Assembly: GCA_027717925.1 (NCBI GenBank)
Contig: JALLON010000002.1
Span: 1-43,713, forward strand
DNA from: Acidobacteria bacterium AH-259-G07
Lineage (GTDB): Bacteria > Acidobacteriota > UBA6911 > RPQK01 > JADFOI01
Reading direction: 5' to 3'
Length of the DNA stretch: 43,713 nt
Below the pieces are notes generated by a model. That model ran no database searches, was not told where the DNA came from, and saw only the letters and a program-made list of their open reading frames with translations. This document shows, piece by piece, positions 7,698 to 16,440 of the stretch (position 1 is the first letter of the stretch; every line of letters starts with the position of its first letter). A program made the translations under genes and the position numbers.

Positions 7698-8507
7698 ATG
7701 CCCGATCGACTCTGGATTACTTACGCGTGGGCTGACAACGACGAGGGCGATTTCGACTACCTCGTTAACGAGCTCGAAGACGCTGGAGTGCCTGCGATCT
7801 ACGACAAAATCGCACTCGTGCCTGGGCAGAGACTTTGGGAACAGATTGCCGAGCAGATCACCGACGGCGACCTCGGGGGATGGGCGTGTCTCCTTACACC
7901 TACCAGCGTGAGGAGTCAGGCGTGCCGTGAAGAGTTGGACTATGCACTGAATAGGGCGCTGAGCACGCAGGGCGAGGGGTTTCCCTTGATAGGGCTTCTC
8001 CACAGTGTGCCGGTTGAGGAAGTTCCGCCCGCGTTGCGTGTGCGATTGTGCGTGGATCTTGCCAGTCCCAACTGGATCGAGGAAGTTCGTGCCGGATTGG
8101 AGAGGCGTGCACCACAGCGACCTCGGACTGACACGGGCGATCTGCGCGTAGCGCTACACCACCCATACATGGGAAACAGCGAACTCTACGCGGTTGAGTT
8201 CCGTCCTCGATTTGGCGAGTTACGATACTGGCGAATCGCCTACCCGAGCGATGAATCGGATCCTGTGCACCGCGGTACAGGTCCGTCTGGTGCTGGCGGC
8301 GTAGGGGGTATGTTGACTGAGTTCCTGGAGGGCAATGTCGAGCTCGAAGGAGAACAGATGAAATTTTTTGGTGCTGGCAACGCAATAACTCCCGGAACCG
8401 CAGCGTACGTCGTCTTTCGAGACAGGAATCCGGGCTTTCTTGCGTTCGGTGTGACGAACGAGCCCTTTGGTATTCCTCGCCAGTGGATTACGGTACGGTT
8501 TGATTAA
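7698..8507 (+). CDS. TIR-domain protein with unassigned C-terminal domain (269 aa)
   Basis: N-terminus: LWITYAWADNDEGDFDYLVNELEDAGVPAIYDKIALVPGQRLWEQIAEQI...ACLLTPTSVRSQACREELDYAL. This is a bacterial TIR-like pattern: beta-A with acidic residues, a DK/alpha-C region, and a conserved E in EEL. The gene is visibly GC-rich compared with its neighbours. Confidence 0.65.
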   Translation: MPDRLWITYAWADNDEGDFDYLVNELEDAGVPAIYDKIALVPGQRLWEQIAEQITDGDLGGWACLLTPTSVRSQACREELDYALNRALSTQGEGFPLIGLLHSVPVEEVPPALRVRLCVDLASPNWIEEVRAGLERRAPQRPRTDTGDLRVALHHPYMGNSELYAVEFRPRFGELRYWRIAYPSDESDPVHRGTGPSGAGGVGGMLTEFLEGNVELEGEQMKFFGAGNAITPGTAAYVVFRDRNPGFLAFGVTNEPFGIPRQWITVRFD

Positions 8508-8559
8508 CTACGGTTTCAGTGGCCGGATAACAGGAGCTAGCAGCTACTATCACACCGGC

Positions 8560-8934
8560 ATGGGAGATGTTTTTGTTGGCACGCTGTTCGCCATGGGCTT
8601 ATTCCTCTTTTCATACAGGGGGTACATACGTTCAGACGACATTGCTGGTGATCTAGGTTGCGTATTTGCAATTGGTGCGGCGCTGGTGCCGACTACTCCC
8701 GACAATCCCGCTCCAGGTGATGTCCCCCTCATCGGATACCTCCACGTCGCCTTCGCTGCGTTGCTCTTTCTTACCCTCATCTATTTTTCGCTATTCTTGT
8801 TCACGAAAACAGATCCGAACCGGCCAGCTACAAGAAGAAAGCTTCAAAGGAACTGGGTCTACAGGGCATCCGGATACCTAATGAGCCTTTGCATAGTGCT
8901 AATTGTCATCTCACTGACTGCTTTCCTTCCCTAG
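8560..8934 (+). CDS. multi-pass membrane protein, possibly 5'-truncated
   Basis: The ORF is open from 8467 and overlaps the TIR gene's 3' end. The first ATG is at 8560 and has no good SD. There are four hydrophobic helices. The conserved-looking SSYYHTGMGDVFVG segment sits at the extreme N-terminus, as if an upstream helix had been lost. Confidence 0.45.
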   Translation: MGDVFVGTLFAMGLFLFSYRGYIRSDDIAGDLGCVFAIGAALVPTTPDNPAPGDVPLIGYLHVAFAALLFLTLIYFSLFLFTKTDPNRPATRRKLQRNWVYRASGYLMSLCIVLIVISLTAFLP

Positions 8935-8950
8935 CACCGGGTCAGCTCCC

Positions 8951-9280
8951 ATGTCCATAACCAAAAAAGAACTCCAACAGATCCTGAGCACTCAAACGAA
9001 AGAGTTTAAGGGTCATACTGACCAACGATTCGGCGTGCTTGAAAGGAATCTAAGAAAAGAGCTGAAGCGGTTTGCAGATAAAGAAGATTTCGCTCAACTA
9101 AGAAAGGAGATGAGGCTTCTGGCAACTAAGGAAGATCTCAATCAACAGATCGAAGGTTTGGCTGCTATGGTAAATCGCGGTTTTGACGATATCAAATCTC
9201 AACTTGATGTTCGAAAGACTGTTCGAGAACACGGACGGAAAATCTCAAGGTTGGAACGAGCACTCAATATTAAACTCTAG
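8951..9280 (+). CDS. coiled-coil hypothetical protein (109 aa)
   Basis: ATG start, heptad-rich charged sequence, followed by a clear terminator. Confidence 0.6.
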   Translation: MSITKKELQQILSTQTKEFKGHTDQRFGVLERNLRKELKRFADKEDFAQLRKEMRLLATKEDLNQQIEGLAAMVNRGFDDIKSQLDVRKTVREHGRKISRLERALNIKL

Positions 9281-9302
9281 GCAGTTCAATAGATAGAAAG
9301 AG

Positions 9303-9329
9303 AAAAAAGCCAGCGATTGCTGGCTTTTT
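9303..9329 (+). terminator. rho-independent terminator
   Basis: Hairpin gccagc-gatt-gctggc (9309-9324), preceded by an A-run and followed by ttttt. Confidence 0.8.
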
Positions 9330-9458
9330 GACTAGGAAATTATCTGAACCAAGGTCTCCTTTATCTTTTTGATCTCTCAAACATGTTTGGTAGCAAGAGA
9401 CTCGATGGCTGTCAATGAGCGGGGTTGGCTGGGTGTCGGGTTCTGTCCTGTTCTGAGT

Positions 9459-9622
9459 GGCAAAATTCGGGTCCTGGGGGTGACAGAATTCGGGGCTTTG
9501 GGACTCGGATTTTGGCGGCAGAATTCGGGGCATTTGGACCTGGATTTTGCGTGAGGTGTGGGACGCGGATTTTGGCGGTTTTGTAAGGAATTTTGGGTTG
9601 GTTGTGGGGTTTTTGGGGGTGG
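9459..9622 (+). repeat. GT-rich junction repeat, copy B (internally reiterated)
   Basis: Reiterated units: cagaattcggggc(t/a)ttgggac(t/c)(c/t)ggattttgg. These are followed by ggattttgcgtgaggtgtgggacgcggattttggcggttttgtaaggaattttgggttggttgtgggg. It is homologous to copies A and C. Confidence 0.75.
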
Positions 9623-9667
9623 AAATACTAGAGTGAAGAATTTCTGGGAGGAACGAAGTGGTGAAAA

Positions 9668-10381
9668 TCAAGTTGCATTCTCATCTTCAAGCAGAGATTC
9701 GAGTTCACTGATGCGAGCGGTTGCCAGCCGTTCTTTTTCTTTGTTGTATATGAGAGGCCAAATTGTGCCTCCTTCGTAAGCACTCGCTACGAGCTCTGCA
9801 TGAAGATCACAGAAAACTTGCCAGACAGAATGACCCCAGTCTAAGAGTCGGCGCCGACTGGGCTGTAATCTAGCACTTAGCTTTTCGTAAACTTCTTCTA
9901 GTTGATGGTGTGCACGATTGTAGTTTTCGGCCGCGATTTCATTCAGTTCGGCTTGAGTTACCACTTCTCGTTCGGCCCTCGTTAACGGAGGAATGCCTGC
10001 CTCATCTAGCTTGCACATCAGTAAGCTCGCAAGATACAGAAAATGGACTGCCCTTTCCCGCTCCAATTGGATGTTATGGTGAGCTTTTGGATTGCGTATA
10101 CCAGTCATCGCTCCTGCGAAAATCTGCATGTACCCTTGCTGGATGTTCCTCCCAGTCTCTGTGTCTAAATCATCGAGCTTTATAATAGGTCTTTTTAGCG
10201 AAAAGGCGTGGGTCATTAGAGAAGCACCATCTCGTTCCTCGCCTGTTTCCGCTTTCACGTATTCCTTCACACGCTTATTTGCTTGTTTAAGAGCCGATTC
10301 GACAGCATCTGCCAAATGACCGTTCCGAAATTTCTGTTCGGAAACTGCAGTAATCTCGGGGTGAATTATTGACCAGTCCAT
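9668..10381 (-). CDS. TIGR02391 (Hypoth_Ymh) domain protein fused to a DUF1311/LprI-like C-terminal domain
   Basis: N-terminal half: FRNGHLADAVESALKQANKRVKE...GASLMTHAF...QQGYMQIFAGAMTGIRNPKAHH, including the signature G-x-RNP-x-AH. C-terminal half: NYNRAHHQLEEVYEKLSARL...LLDWGHSVWQVFCDLHAE...EGGTIWPLIYN...RISELESLL, which follows the DUF1311 pattern. Confidence 0.7.
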   Translation of the reverse strand: MDWSIIHPEITAVSEQKFRNGHLADAVESALKQANKRVKEYVKAETGEERDGASLMTHAFSLKRPIIKLDDLDTETGRNIQQGYMQIFAGAMTGIRNPKAHHNIQLERERAVHFLYLASLLMCKLDEAGIPPLTRAEREVVTQAELNEIAAENYNRAHHQLEEVYEKLSARLQPSRRRLLDWGHSVWQVFCDLHAELVASAYEGGTIWPLIYNKEKERLATARISELESLLEDENAT

Positions 10382-10591
10382 GGTCCCGAATTGTAGCAGA
10401 CTGCCGGGCAGTAGCGGGAAACCTTGAGGAAAAGAAAAAGAGGCTGGGTGGCTCTAATTTGTGGTATATCCGATATTTCTTGACAGCCTTCGAGACGCAG
10501 GAATAGGGTCCCATAGCCAATTATCTTTATGCGAAGAGTAGATCCAGTTATCCAGTAGACAGGCTTGAAAAAAGCAGTGGTTGTGCTATAT

Positions 10592-11707
10592 ATGAAGCAT
10601 AACACTCAAAGTACCTCTCCCACTTTCATGAATAAAACACTGAAAATCATCGGTCTAGGTATCGCAGCAACTCTCGTACTTGTAGGCGTATTTTTAAACC
10701 TTTTCTCGCAGCAAAAAAGACTCGACGCTTCGGCCATAACTTTAGTTAAAACTGATTCACTCGACAAAGACATTCTATGGATCGGTACTAGGGATGGCTT
10801 GAAAAAGGCACTCGTTGAAGGGACGCAACTTCGTGGTTTGCAGACATTTCTTCGAGGCGAGGAAATAACTGATGTCGTCTTTGATTCTCCCAATGAAATC
10901 CTTATCGGATCTAGAAACGGTATCTATAAGATGGCACCTGATGGAACTCAGCTGTCAAACCTCACCGCAACCCAGTTCGGAGAAGTCCACGTCGTCGCTG
11001 TGACTCATGAACCCAACGATCCTCGTAAAATTTACGCGGTGGTACAAGACGGCCTGATCCGAAGTAAAGACGGTGGCATCACGTGGACGAGGATTAGAGA
11101 GGGATTAAACTTGCGTTATACTGCGCCATGGGGATCTGAACTCACTTATAACATTATATCAACCAGCCTCCACCAAACCCTTGACTCCGACACCATCTAC
11201 GTAGGCACCAACGGTACTGGCATATTTAAAATCAGAATCGACCAGGACTTTTGGGTACCCGTCAATACTGGCTTGTCTCCCTCCATAGGTGCTGCACCTA
11301 TAGCTCCCGTGGAATCTATCGCGGTAGACCCCCACAATCCTGACACTGTCTATATCACCCTAGAGGTTAAAGGTATTTTCAAATCAGTGGATGGTGGCCA
11401 AAATTGGATAAGGCTAACCCAAGGGCTCCCAGAAACTTACTATCACAGGACTGCTCCATCATTGGTCTCAATCGGTAAAACCGACAGAGTTGTCGCCGCA
11501 ATAAATCGCCCTCTGCTTTCTCAAATAGAAGGAGCGGTTTTCCTTTCCATAAATAGCGGTCAAAGTTGGCAGAAGATAGCTCGGTTTGGCGAAGCAATTA
11601 GCCATCTTTCGATAATCGACTCGACAAGTGACATTCTTTTCATGGTTGATGAGCAGATCATTTGGTTGACTCCAAATGGCGATCGCTTTAATACGGTGGA
11701 ATTTTGA
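10592..11707 (+). CDS. membrane-anchored BNR/Asp-box beta-propeller protein
   Basis: The frame is open from TTG 10565. In-frame ATGs are at 10592 and 10628, so the start is uncertain. There is an N-terminal TM/signal anchor (IIGLGIAATLVLVGVFLNLF). Asp-box repeats: SKDGGITWTRI, SVDGGQNWIRL, SINSGQSWQKI. Confidence 0.7.
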   Translation: MKHNTQSTSPTFMNKTLKIIGLGIAATLVLVGVFLNLFSQQKRLDASAITLVKTDSLDKDILWIGTRDGLKKALVEGTQLRGLQTFLRGEEITDVVFDSPNEILIGSRNGIYKMAPDGTQLSNLTATQFGEVHVVAVTHEPNDPRKIYAVVQDGLIRSKDGGITWTRIREGLNLRYTAPWGSELTYNIISTSLHQTLDSDTIYVGTNGTGIFKIRIDQDFWVPVNTGLSPSIGAAPIAPVESIAVDPHNPDTVYITLEVKGIFKSVDGGQNWIRLTQGLPETYYHRTAPSLVSIGKTDRVVAAINRPLLSQIEGAVFLSINSGQSWQKIARFGEAISHLSIIDSTSDILFMVDEQIIWLTPNGDRFNTVEF

Positions 11708-11736
11708 ACACTACATGATTTTTGGGAAGTTAAGAG

Positions 11737-14700
11737 GTGCGAAGAAAAACACTACTTTGTTTCTCCCTGCACATTCTTCTTTGCGGTGTTGACCCCCTCC
11801 TTTGTCAGCGCCCGGAGAATATTCATGTGGTCACTCTCCCTGCTCCACTTCTCAAAATCACTTCGGGTGAAGAATTTGATCCTCTTGCTCTTGCTATTGC
11901 TAACAGATTCTACGAAGCCCGAGGTGACGACTACGATTTCTTAACAATCTTTACGACCTTCTCTTTAGAGAATCCTGACAGCATACCTGCAAGATACCAG
12001 CCGGTAAGAAACGACATTGACGGCATCGGGCGAGATCTGTTCGACAAGTCAGACCACTTTTTCCCGGATGCCCAGAAGTTCCATCGACTCCAAGGCATCA
12101 TTTTGATGTACGAGCTGGACCAATGGCCTGACGATTTTAATCAAAGGTTTGAGAGGAGCGCTTTTTCAACCTTCTCTGTTTTGGCTCAGGAGCTAGGCCA
12201 CCGATGGGGTGCGTATATTCGTTTTAAAAGAGATGATGAAAGCAGAGAGGATCTTTTAGGTAGAAATAATGCACACTGGAGCTTTTACTTTAACACGCAA
12301 ACGATCGCCCCTAGCGTAACGGGCAGGGACGTTTCCTCTTCGTCACTGCAAGGTAATGCCTGGCAGGAGAATGGAAATGGTACTTTTTCCACCATAGGCG
12401 ATGGAGTTGATGGCTACAGCATGCTGGACCTGTACCTCATGGGTCTCGTGAACCTAGATACTTCGGAACGCTTCTCTTATATAAGCAATCCGTCGCGATC
12501 ATCATTGTTTTCTTCTTTGCCAAGTAAGAACGATAACCCTAAGGTGGGTGTAACGGTCCGGGGCAAGCTAGAGTCTTTAACTCTGGCGGATGTCATTAAC
12601 CAAGAGAAGCCACGCAATCCCGCTGTGGGACCCAACACTTTCAGACAGGCCTTTATCCTAGTCGAGAAAGAAGGAGAGCCTGCAACTGAGTTACAGATTT
12701 CAAAGGTAGATAAGATACGAAAGGAGTGGAAAAAATACTTTAATCAAGCAACATTTAGTCTGGGCCAGGTGGTTACATCACTGGTTAATAAGACCGGTCC
12801 CCTCCTATCCATCAATAAAACATCGTTTTGTGTTGGCGATACCTGGACTTTAGGGGTTACAGACGGTCAGCCGGGGAGCTCGGTATTTCTACACGTATGG
12901 AAAGACATTAATAATGATGGTGATTTTAATGATCCTGGCGAGGACACAGGCGAGTCAGGACCTTATGGAGATCCCATTCACGCAGATGGAACTTGGGATC
13001 TAGGCGGAACTTTCGATTCCAATGCAATAGGTAACTGGCGAATACAAGCCACAGTTGCTGAACAACAATCAAATCCCATTACATTTTCAATTCTTTCCGA
13101 GTGCGATACGACGGACCCGACGGTGGATGCGTTTCGAGTGAGCCCGGGCAGCGTCACGATCGGCAATCCCTTTACCATTTCCTACACAGCTTCTGACGCC
13201 GGAGGTTCTGGGCTGAACGGGGTGGAACTGAACCGAGCCAACGATCGTGGTGGGTCTCCGGTGAATTGGACCGCAATCGACAGAAACTCTCATTCCGGCA
13301 ACGGCCCTGTTTCGGGCTCTTTCTCCGATGTGCCCTCTTCTGAAGGAACCTATTGGTATGGTGTGCATGCGGTGGATAATGCGGGTAACCGGACGCCCGA
13401 ACCCAATCCACCAGGACCCATAAAAGTGACCGTTGACGAGGAACTCACCTTGTCGGTCTCATTGTTGGCGAGTCCCAGCAGCGGGAGTGCACCGCTCAAT
13501 GGGGTGGATCTGACGGCCACTGTTTCCGGGTCAGCCACGGGGACAATCAATTACATCTTTTACTGCGACCGCTCGGATTCGGGGACCAAGATCACGTCTG
13601 GCTGGGCGGACAAGTTTGACGGTATCAACGACAACCCAAAGACGGCAGTCGATGCGTGTAACTACAACTCGGCAGGCACCTACACGGCCAAGGTGATTGC
13701 TGAGCGGGGCGATGCTCCACCGGCAGAGGCGAGGACCACCATCACGGTTTCAAGGCCGCCTCAGCCCACTCTGCGCATCGATGGAGACCTGTCCAGCACC
13801 CTCCAGCAGAATGGTGGAACTTTTCAATTTACCGGCTCTAATTACACACAGGACGGGAAAGTAACACGATATCTGCGCGATGAGAATGAAAACAAAACCA
13901 TTCTGAAACCTACCCTTCCTAGTGATGACATGGCCGACAGCAACGGAAACATTGGTTGGCAGTTTGCGCCGGGGTGTGAGCATGCCCCAGGCGACTATAC
14001 GATCTGGGTGGTGGACGAGGATACTAAAAGGAAGAGCAATACAGTTACCGAGACGATCACCGCCAGCGATAGCTGCCTGATTCCCCAGATCACCTACATC
14101 GATCCCCCCCAGGTGGAGCCGAGCACTTTCACCTTGACCATTAACGGAAAGAATTTCGACAGCGGAGCCAAGGATCAGGTCTACTGGAAGGCCACCGGAA
14201 CATTGATTGGCAGCGGCGTGGAATCCGGCGACCTGATCAGCCTCAGCTCGAATCAGCTGGTGGTGAAGGAGCGGATGGACGGGGTCGAGCCGGGAACCTA
14301 CCTGGTACGCGTGAAAAACGGAAACGGAAAACTCTCCAATGGTGTGGATCTGGTGGTTCTGCCAACAGTCACGTATGAGGGTCATTTTGCCTTCACTGGC
14401 TGGTCAAGTCCTGTTAGCAACGGAGATACTTTGGGCGAGCCTGGCGGAAACCAACTGGAAGCGATCAAGATTTGGCTGAGCGACTATGGAATCACTTATC
14501 GAGCCCACGTGGCATTCGACGGGTGGCTAGGATGGGTGTCGGATGGCGGGGTGGCGGGTACAACCGGGGAGGCCAAGCAGATGGAGGCGATTGAAATCAA
14601 ACTCGTTGGTGCGCCCAGCTCTATCCATGTCTGGTACCGGGTGTACATTGAAGGTTTTACATGGCAGGGGTGGGCATCGGATGGAGCAACTGCCGGCACT

Positions 14701-14751
14701 GTCGGAGAGGCTAAAGCAATACAGGCCATTGAGATAAAAATCGAGGACTAA
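11737..14751 (+). CDS. large exported multidomain protein with a zincin-like N-region, Ig-like repeats and three C-terminal ChW repeats
   Basis: GTG start and signal-like N-terminus. It has LAQELGHRWGAY, which is HExxH-like but with Q in place of the first His. The middle is Ig/PKD/IPT-like and beta-rich. The C-terminus has three ChW-type repeats: GHFAFTGWSSPVSNGDTLGEPGGNQLEAIKIWL, AHVAFDGWLGWVSDGGVAGTTGEAKQMEAIEIKL and VYIEGFTWQGWASDGATAGTVGEAKAIQAIEIKI. Confidence 0.7.
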   Translation: MRRKTLLCFSLHILLCGVDPLLCQRPENIHVVTLPAPLLKITSGEEFDPLALAIANRFYEARGDDYDFLTIFTTFSLENPDSIPARYQPVRNDIDGIGRDLFDKSDHFFPDAQKFHRLQGIILMYELDQWPDDFNQRFERSAFSTFSVLAQELGHRWGAYIRFKRDDESREDLLGRNNAHWSFYFNTQTIAPSVTGRDVSSSSLQGNAWQENGNGTFSTIGDGVDGYSMLDLYLMGLVNLDTSERFSYISNPSRSSLFSSLPSKNDNPKVGVTVRGKLESLTLADVINQEKPRNPAVGPNTFRQAFILVEKEGEPATELQISKVDKIRKEWKKYFNQATFSLGQVVTSLVNKTGPLLSINKTSFCVGDTWTLGVTDGQPGSSVFLHVWKDINNDGDFNDPGEDTGESGPYGDPIHADGTWDLGGTFDSNAIGNWRIQATVAEQQSNPITFSILSECDTTDPTVDAFRVSPGSVTIGNPFTISYTASDAGGSGLNGVELNRANDRGGSPVNWTAIDRNSHSGNGPVSGSFSDVPSSEGTYWYGVHAVDNAGNRTPEPNPPGPIKVTVDEELTLSVSLLASPSSGSAPLNGVDLTATVSGSATGTINYIFYCDRSDSGTKITSGWADKFDGINDNPKTAVDACNYNSAGTYTAKVIAERGDAPPAEARTTITVSRPPQPTLRIDGDLSSTLQQNGGTFQFTGSNYTQDGKVTRYLRDENENKTILKPTLPSDDMADSNGNIGWQFAPGCEHAPGDYTIWVVDEDTKRKSNTVTETITASDSCLIPQITYIDPPQVEPSTFTLTINGKNFDSGAKDQVYWKATGTLIGSGVESGDLISLSSNQLVVKERMDGVEPGTYLVRVKNGNGKLSNGVDLVVLPTVTYEGHFAFTGWSSPVSNGDTLGEPGGNQLEAIKIWLSDYGITYRAHVAFDGWLGWVSDGGVAGTTGEAKQMEAIEIKLVGAPSSIHVWYRVYIEGFTWQGWASDGATAGTVGEAKAIQAIEIKIED

Positions 14752-14893
14752 TCCGTTGGGATTTTGTTGTGTGGTAGGTTGATTGTATGGGGAAGAGAAG
14801 CTAAGGGGCGTAAAATGGTTTGTCTATCATGAACGAGAGGCCACCTCCGCCAAAGCCGCCAACGCCACCTCAGCCACCACCTAAACCTCCTAG

Positions 14894-15120
14894 TCCTCCT
14901 CCGTCCGGGGTTAAGCGTCTGAGTTGATGCCATTGGTCATCTTGAGTGTTGAGTGATGTTGACAAATGATGAAATTCGGGGTGTGGTGAGGTTTTAGGAC
15001 GCCGAGCACAAAAAAAGCCGACCATATGGTCGGCTTTACTTGTCTTAACGCCAAAAACTCTTAGTTCTTATTGCCGGTATCTGTCCATTGAGCGGGGGCG
15101 ATAGTGAGGCAGATTGAACA
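14894..15120 (+). repeat. ghost mobile-element end, copy 1 (includes a decayed excisionase 3' end)
   Basis: It shares these blocks with 26913-27207 and 28211-28476: tcctcctccgtccgggg; ttgacaaatgatgaaattcggggtgtggtgag (14959-14990); ccgagcacaaaaaaa plus a hairpin; and tctgtccattga(g/c)cgggg. Read on the minus strand, the last block gives HYRPRSMDRYRQ*. Compare NYRPRSMDRNGRN* at the end of the intact excisionase gene (28351). Confidence 0.7.
15009..15037 (-). terminator. rho-independent terminator downstream of the 15203 gene (bidirectional-looking)
   Basis: Hairpin gccgacc-atat-ggtcggc (15017-15034). It is flanked by an A-run on the plus strand, which is a T-run on the minus strand. Confidence 0.7.
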
Positions 15121-15202
15121 CAAGTTCTAATGTTTACAATGCGGATGGAATAAATACAAACGACCGGGGTGTAATTACCAGCTGTTTGGGGTCAAACGTC
15201 CG

Positions 15203-16300
15203 TTACTTGTTCCCTGTCTCATGGATTTGGTGAAGCCGTCTAATTGTGGTGGCTGCCTCTTTATATCGCGTTTTTTGCTCTGACTCAGGTGTGGACCAAA
15301 GTTCCTTGAGCTTGAGCTTTATTGTTTGCAAAATTTCTTCATCATTGAGGGTACCGATAGCGTTGTGCGTCCTAATTGCTGTTGCCAAATCACTATGGTC
15401 TAAAGCTGACTGAGCAAAGCCACGAAGAGTAGCTTTGGCTCGCTCAGCTGCTGCCTCATGAAACTCTCTCTTTTTGCGATCCCACACTTCGAACTTGTAA
15501 GATTTGGGTGCTTTCTCCAAGGTGTGGTAACCCCAATCCTTGATTTTCTTGCCGAGATCGTAGTCATTCCGCATCCTACCCAACTTATCAGATAGTGCTT
15601 TTACTTCTTCCGGAGAAAGAAGTAGCGAGTTATTGGCTATCTCCCTTTCTTCGCCAATGAATTTAGCGAGCGTATCTATGACTTTGTCAGGCGTAATTTC
15701 CCGGAAGGATCGAACCCGGATTGGAACATTCTCTATGATCCTGTGAAGATACTGCTCTCTGGTGACTTGAGCGATTGGGATGTGGTACTCACTATAAACA
15801 GGCAATCGATATTCGCCGTAATTCTTCTGAGACGTTAGCAAGGTCGCCTGACTCAACACTTTTTCTTTCTGGAAGGCGGAAAGCTCATTGGGTGCTTTCA
15901 ACGCGAGGTAATTTGCATATCCGATGTCATGTGATTTCTCAAGTATAGTTTTGTATTCCAAGTCGTCATCAAATCTCTCGGGTGTCTCAGAGACATCAGC
16001 TAATCTTTCGCCTGATTCCTGGATCAATTCATAAAGCTCCTCCAACCCTTTCGTCTTTTTTTCCTTTTCAACGCCCATTTCCTGCGGACTTGGGCGCTCG
16101 TATTCACCGGGCAAATCCCATTGTTTTAATTGTTTTAATGGTTTGTTAACAATCATTGAAAAACGCTGTTTTTTTAAACAATCATCACCTGGTAGACCAA
16201 CACTGAAGTCGATCACAGCCCCGAGTGCTGAGGAGTCGGCCGGATTGTCGCCAGTTTTTAGAACTCTTGTCGGTTCAACAGCTCTGCGCGGCATCCGCAT
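15203..16300 (-). CDS. hypothetical protein (365-aa ORF; ATG at 16156 would give 317 aa)
   Basis: A long ORF with no motif I can assign. The start is uncertain. It is flanked on both sides by copies of the ttgacaaa..ggtggtgag junction sequence. Confidence 0.55.
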   Translation of the reverse strand: MRMPRRAVEPTRVLKTGDNPADSSALGAVIDFSVGLPGDDCLKKQRFSMIVNKPLKQLKQWDLPGEYERPSPQEMGVEKEKKTKGLEELYELIQESGERLADVSETPERFDDDLEYKTILEKSHDIGYANYLALKAPNELSAFQKEKVLSQATLLTSQKNYGEYRLPVYSEYHIPIAQVTREQYLHRIIENVPIRVRSFREITPDKVIDTLAKFIGEEREIANNSLLLSPEEVKALSDKLGRMRNDYDLGKKIKDWGYHTLEKAPKSYKFEVWDRKKREFHEAAAERAKATLRGFAQSALDHSDLATAIRTHNAIGTLNDEEILQTIKLKLKELWSTPESEQKTRYKEAATTIRRLHQIHETGNK

Positions 16301-16385
16301 GGATCATTCACGAGAGGTCGCCAAGCAAGAATCGTTCCAGTTCACGGCGAGGGACCAGACAACGTCGGTCGGTTCTCGATGATCA

Positions 16386-16440
16386 TTGACAAAATGTTCA
16401 GGAGGTGGTGAGTTTGAGCCGTTTTAGGCTCGGGGTCTCG
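16386..16440 (+). repeat. degenerate fourth copy of the junction sequence
   Basis: ttgacaaaatgttcaggaggtggtgagtttgagccgttttaggctcgg. Compare ttgacaaatgatgaaattcggggtgtggtgaggttttaggacgccgag at 14959. Confidence 0.5.

Noticed and set aside
9459-9622. CRISPR array hypothesis for the reiterated cagaattcgggg/ggattttgg units.
   Set aside because: The units are degenerate and of variable length, have no unique spacers of constant size, and there are no cas genes in the window.
9270-9671. Minus-strand ORFs running through the GT-rich repeats (9270..9671; also 32720..33022 and 32746..33012).
   Set aside because: Their translations are low-complexity (P/Q/N/K/S-rich). The frame is not conserved between repeat copies, and they have no SD or credible starts. 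They are by-products of C/A-rich DNA on that strand.
12190-12215. Calling the 11737 protein an active zinc metalloprotease.
   Set aside because: The motif reads QELGH rather than HExxH, so I claim only a zincin-like region.
13750-14385. Long antisense ORFs inside large genes (for example 13750..14385, 23233..23733, 7632..8003, 7900..8385, 20986..21342).
   Set aside because: They are shadow ORFs opposite well-supported coding frames, with no motifs or SDs.
14829-14927. Proline-rich 32-codon ORF (MNERPPPPKPPTPPQPPPKPPSPPPSGVKRLS*), plus the antisense 61-aa ORF at 14748..14933.
   Set aside because: There is no SD. The homologous DNA in repeat copy 2 (26905-26945) has a 1-nt indel that destroys the frame, so the conservation is at the DNA level only.
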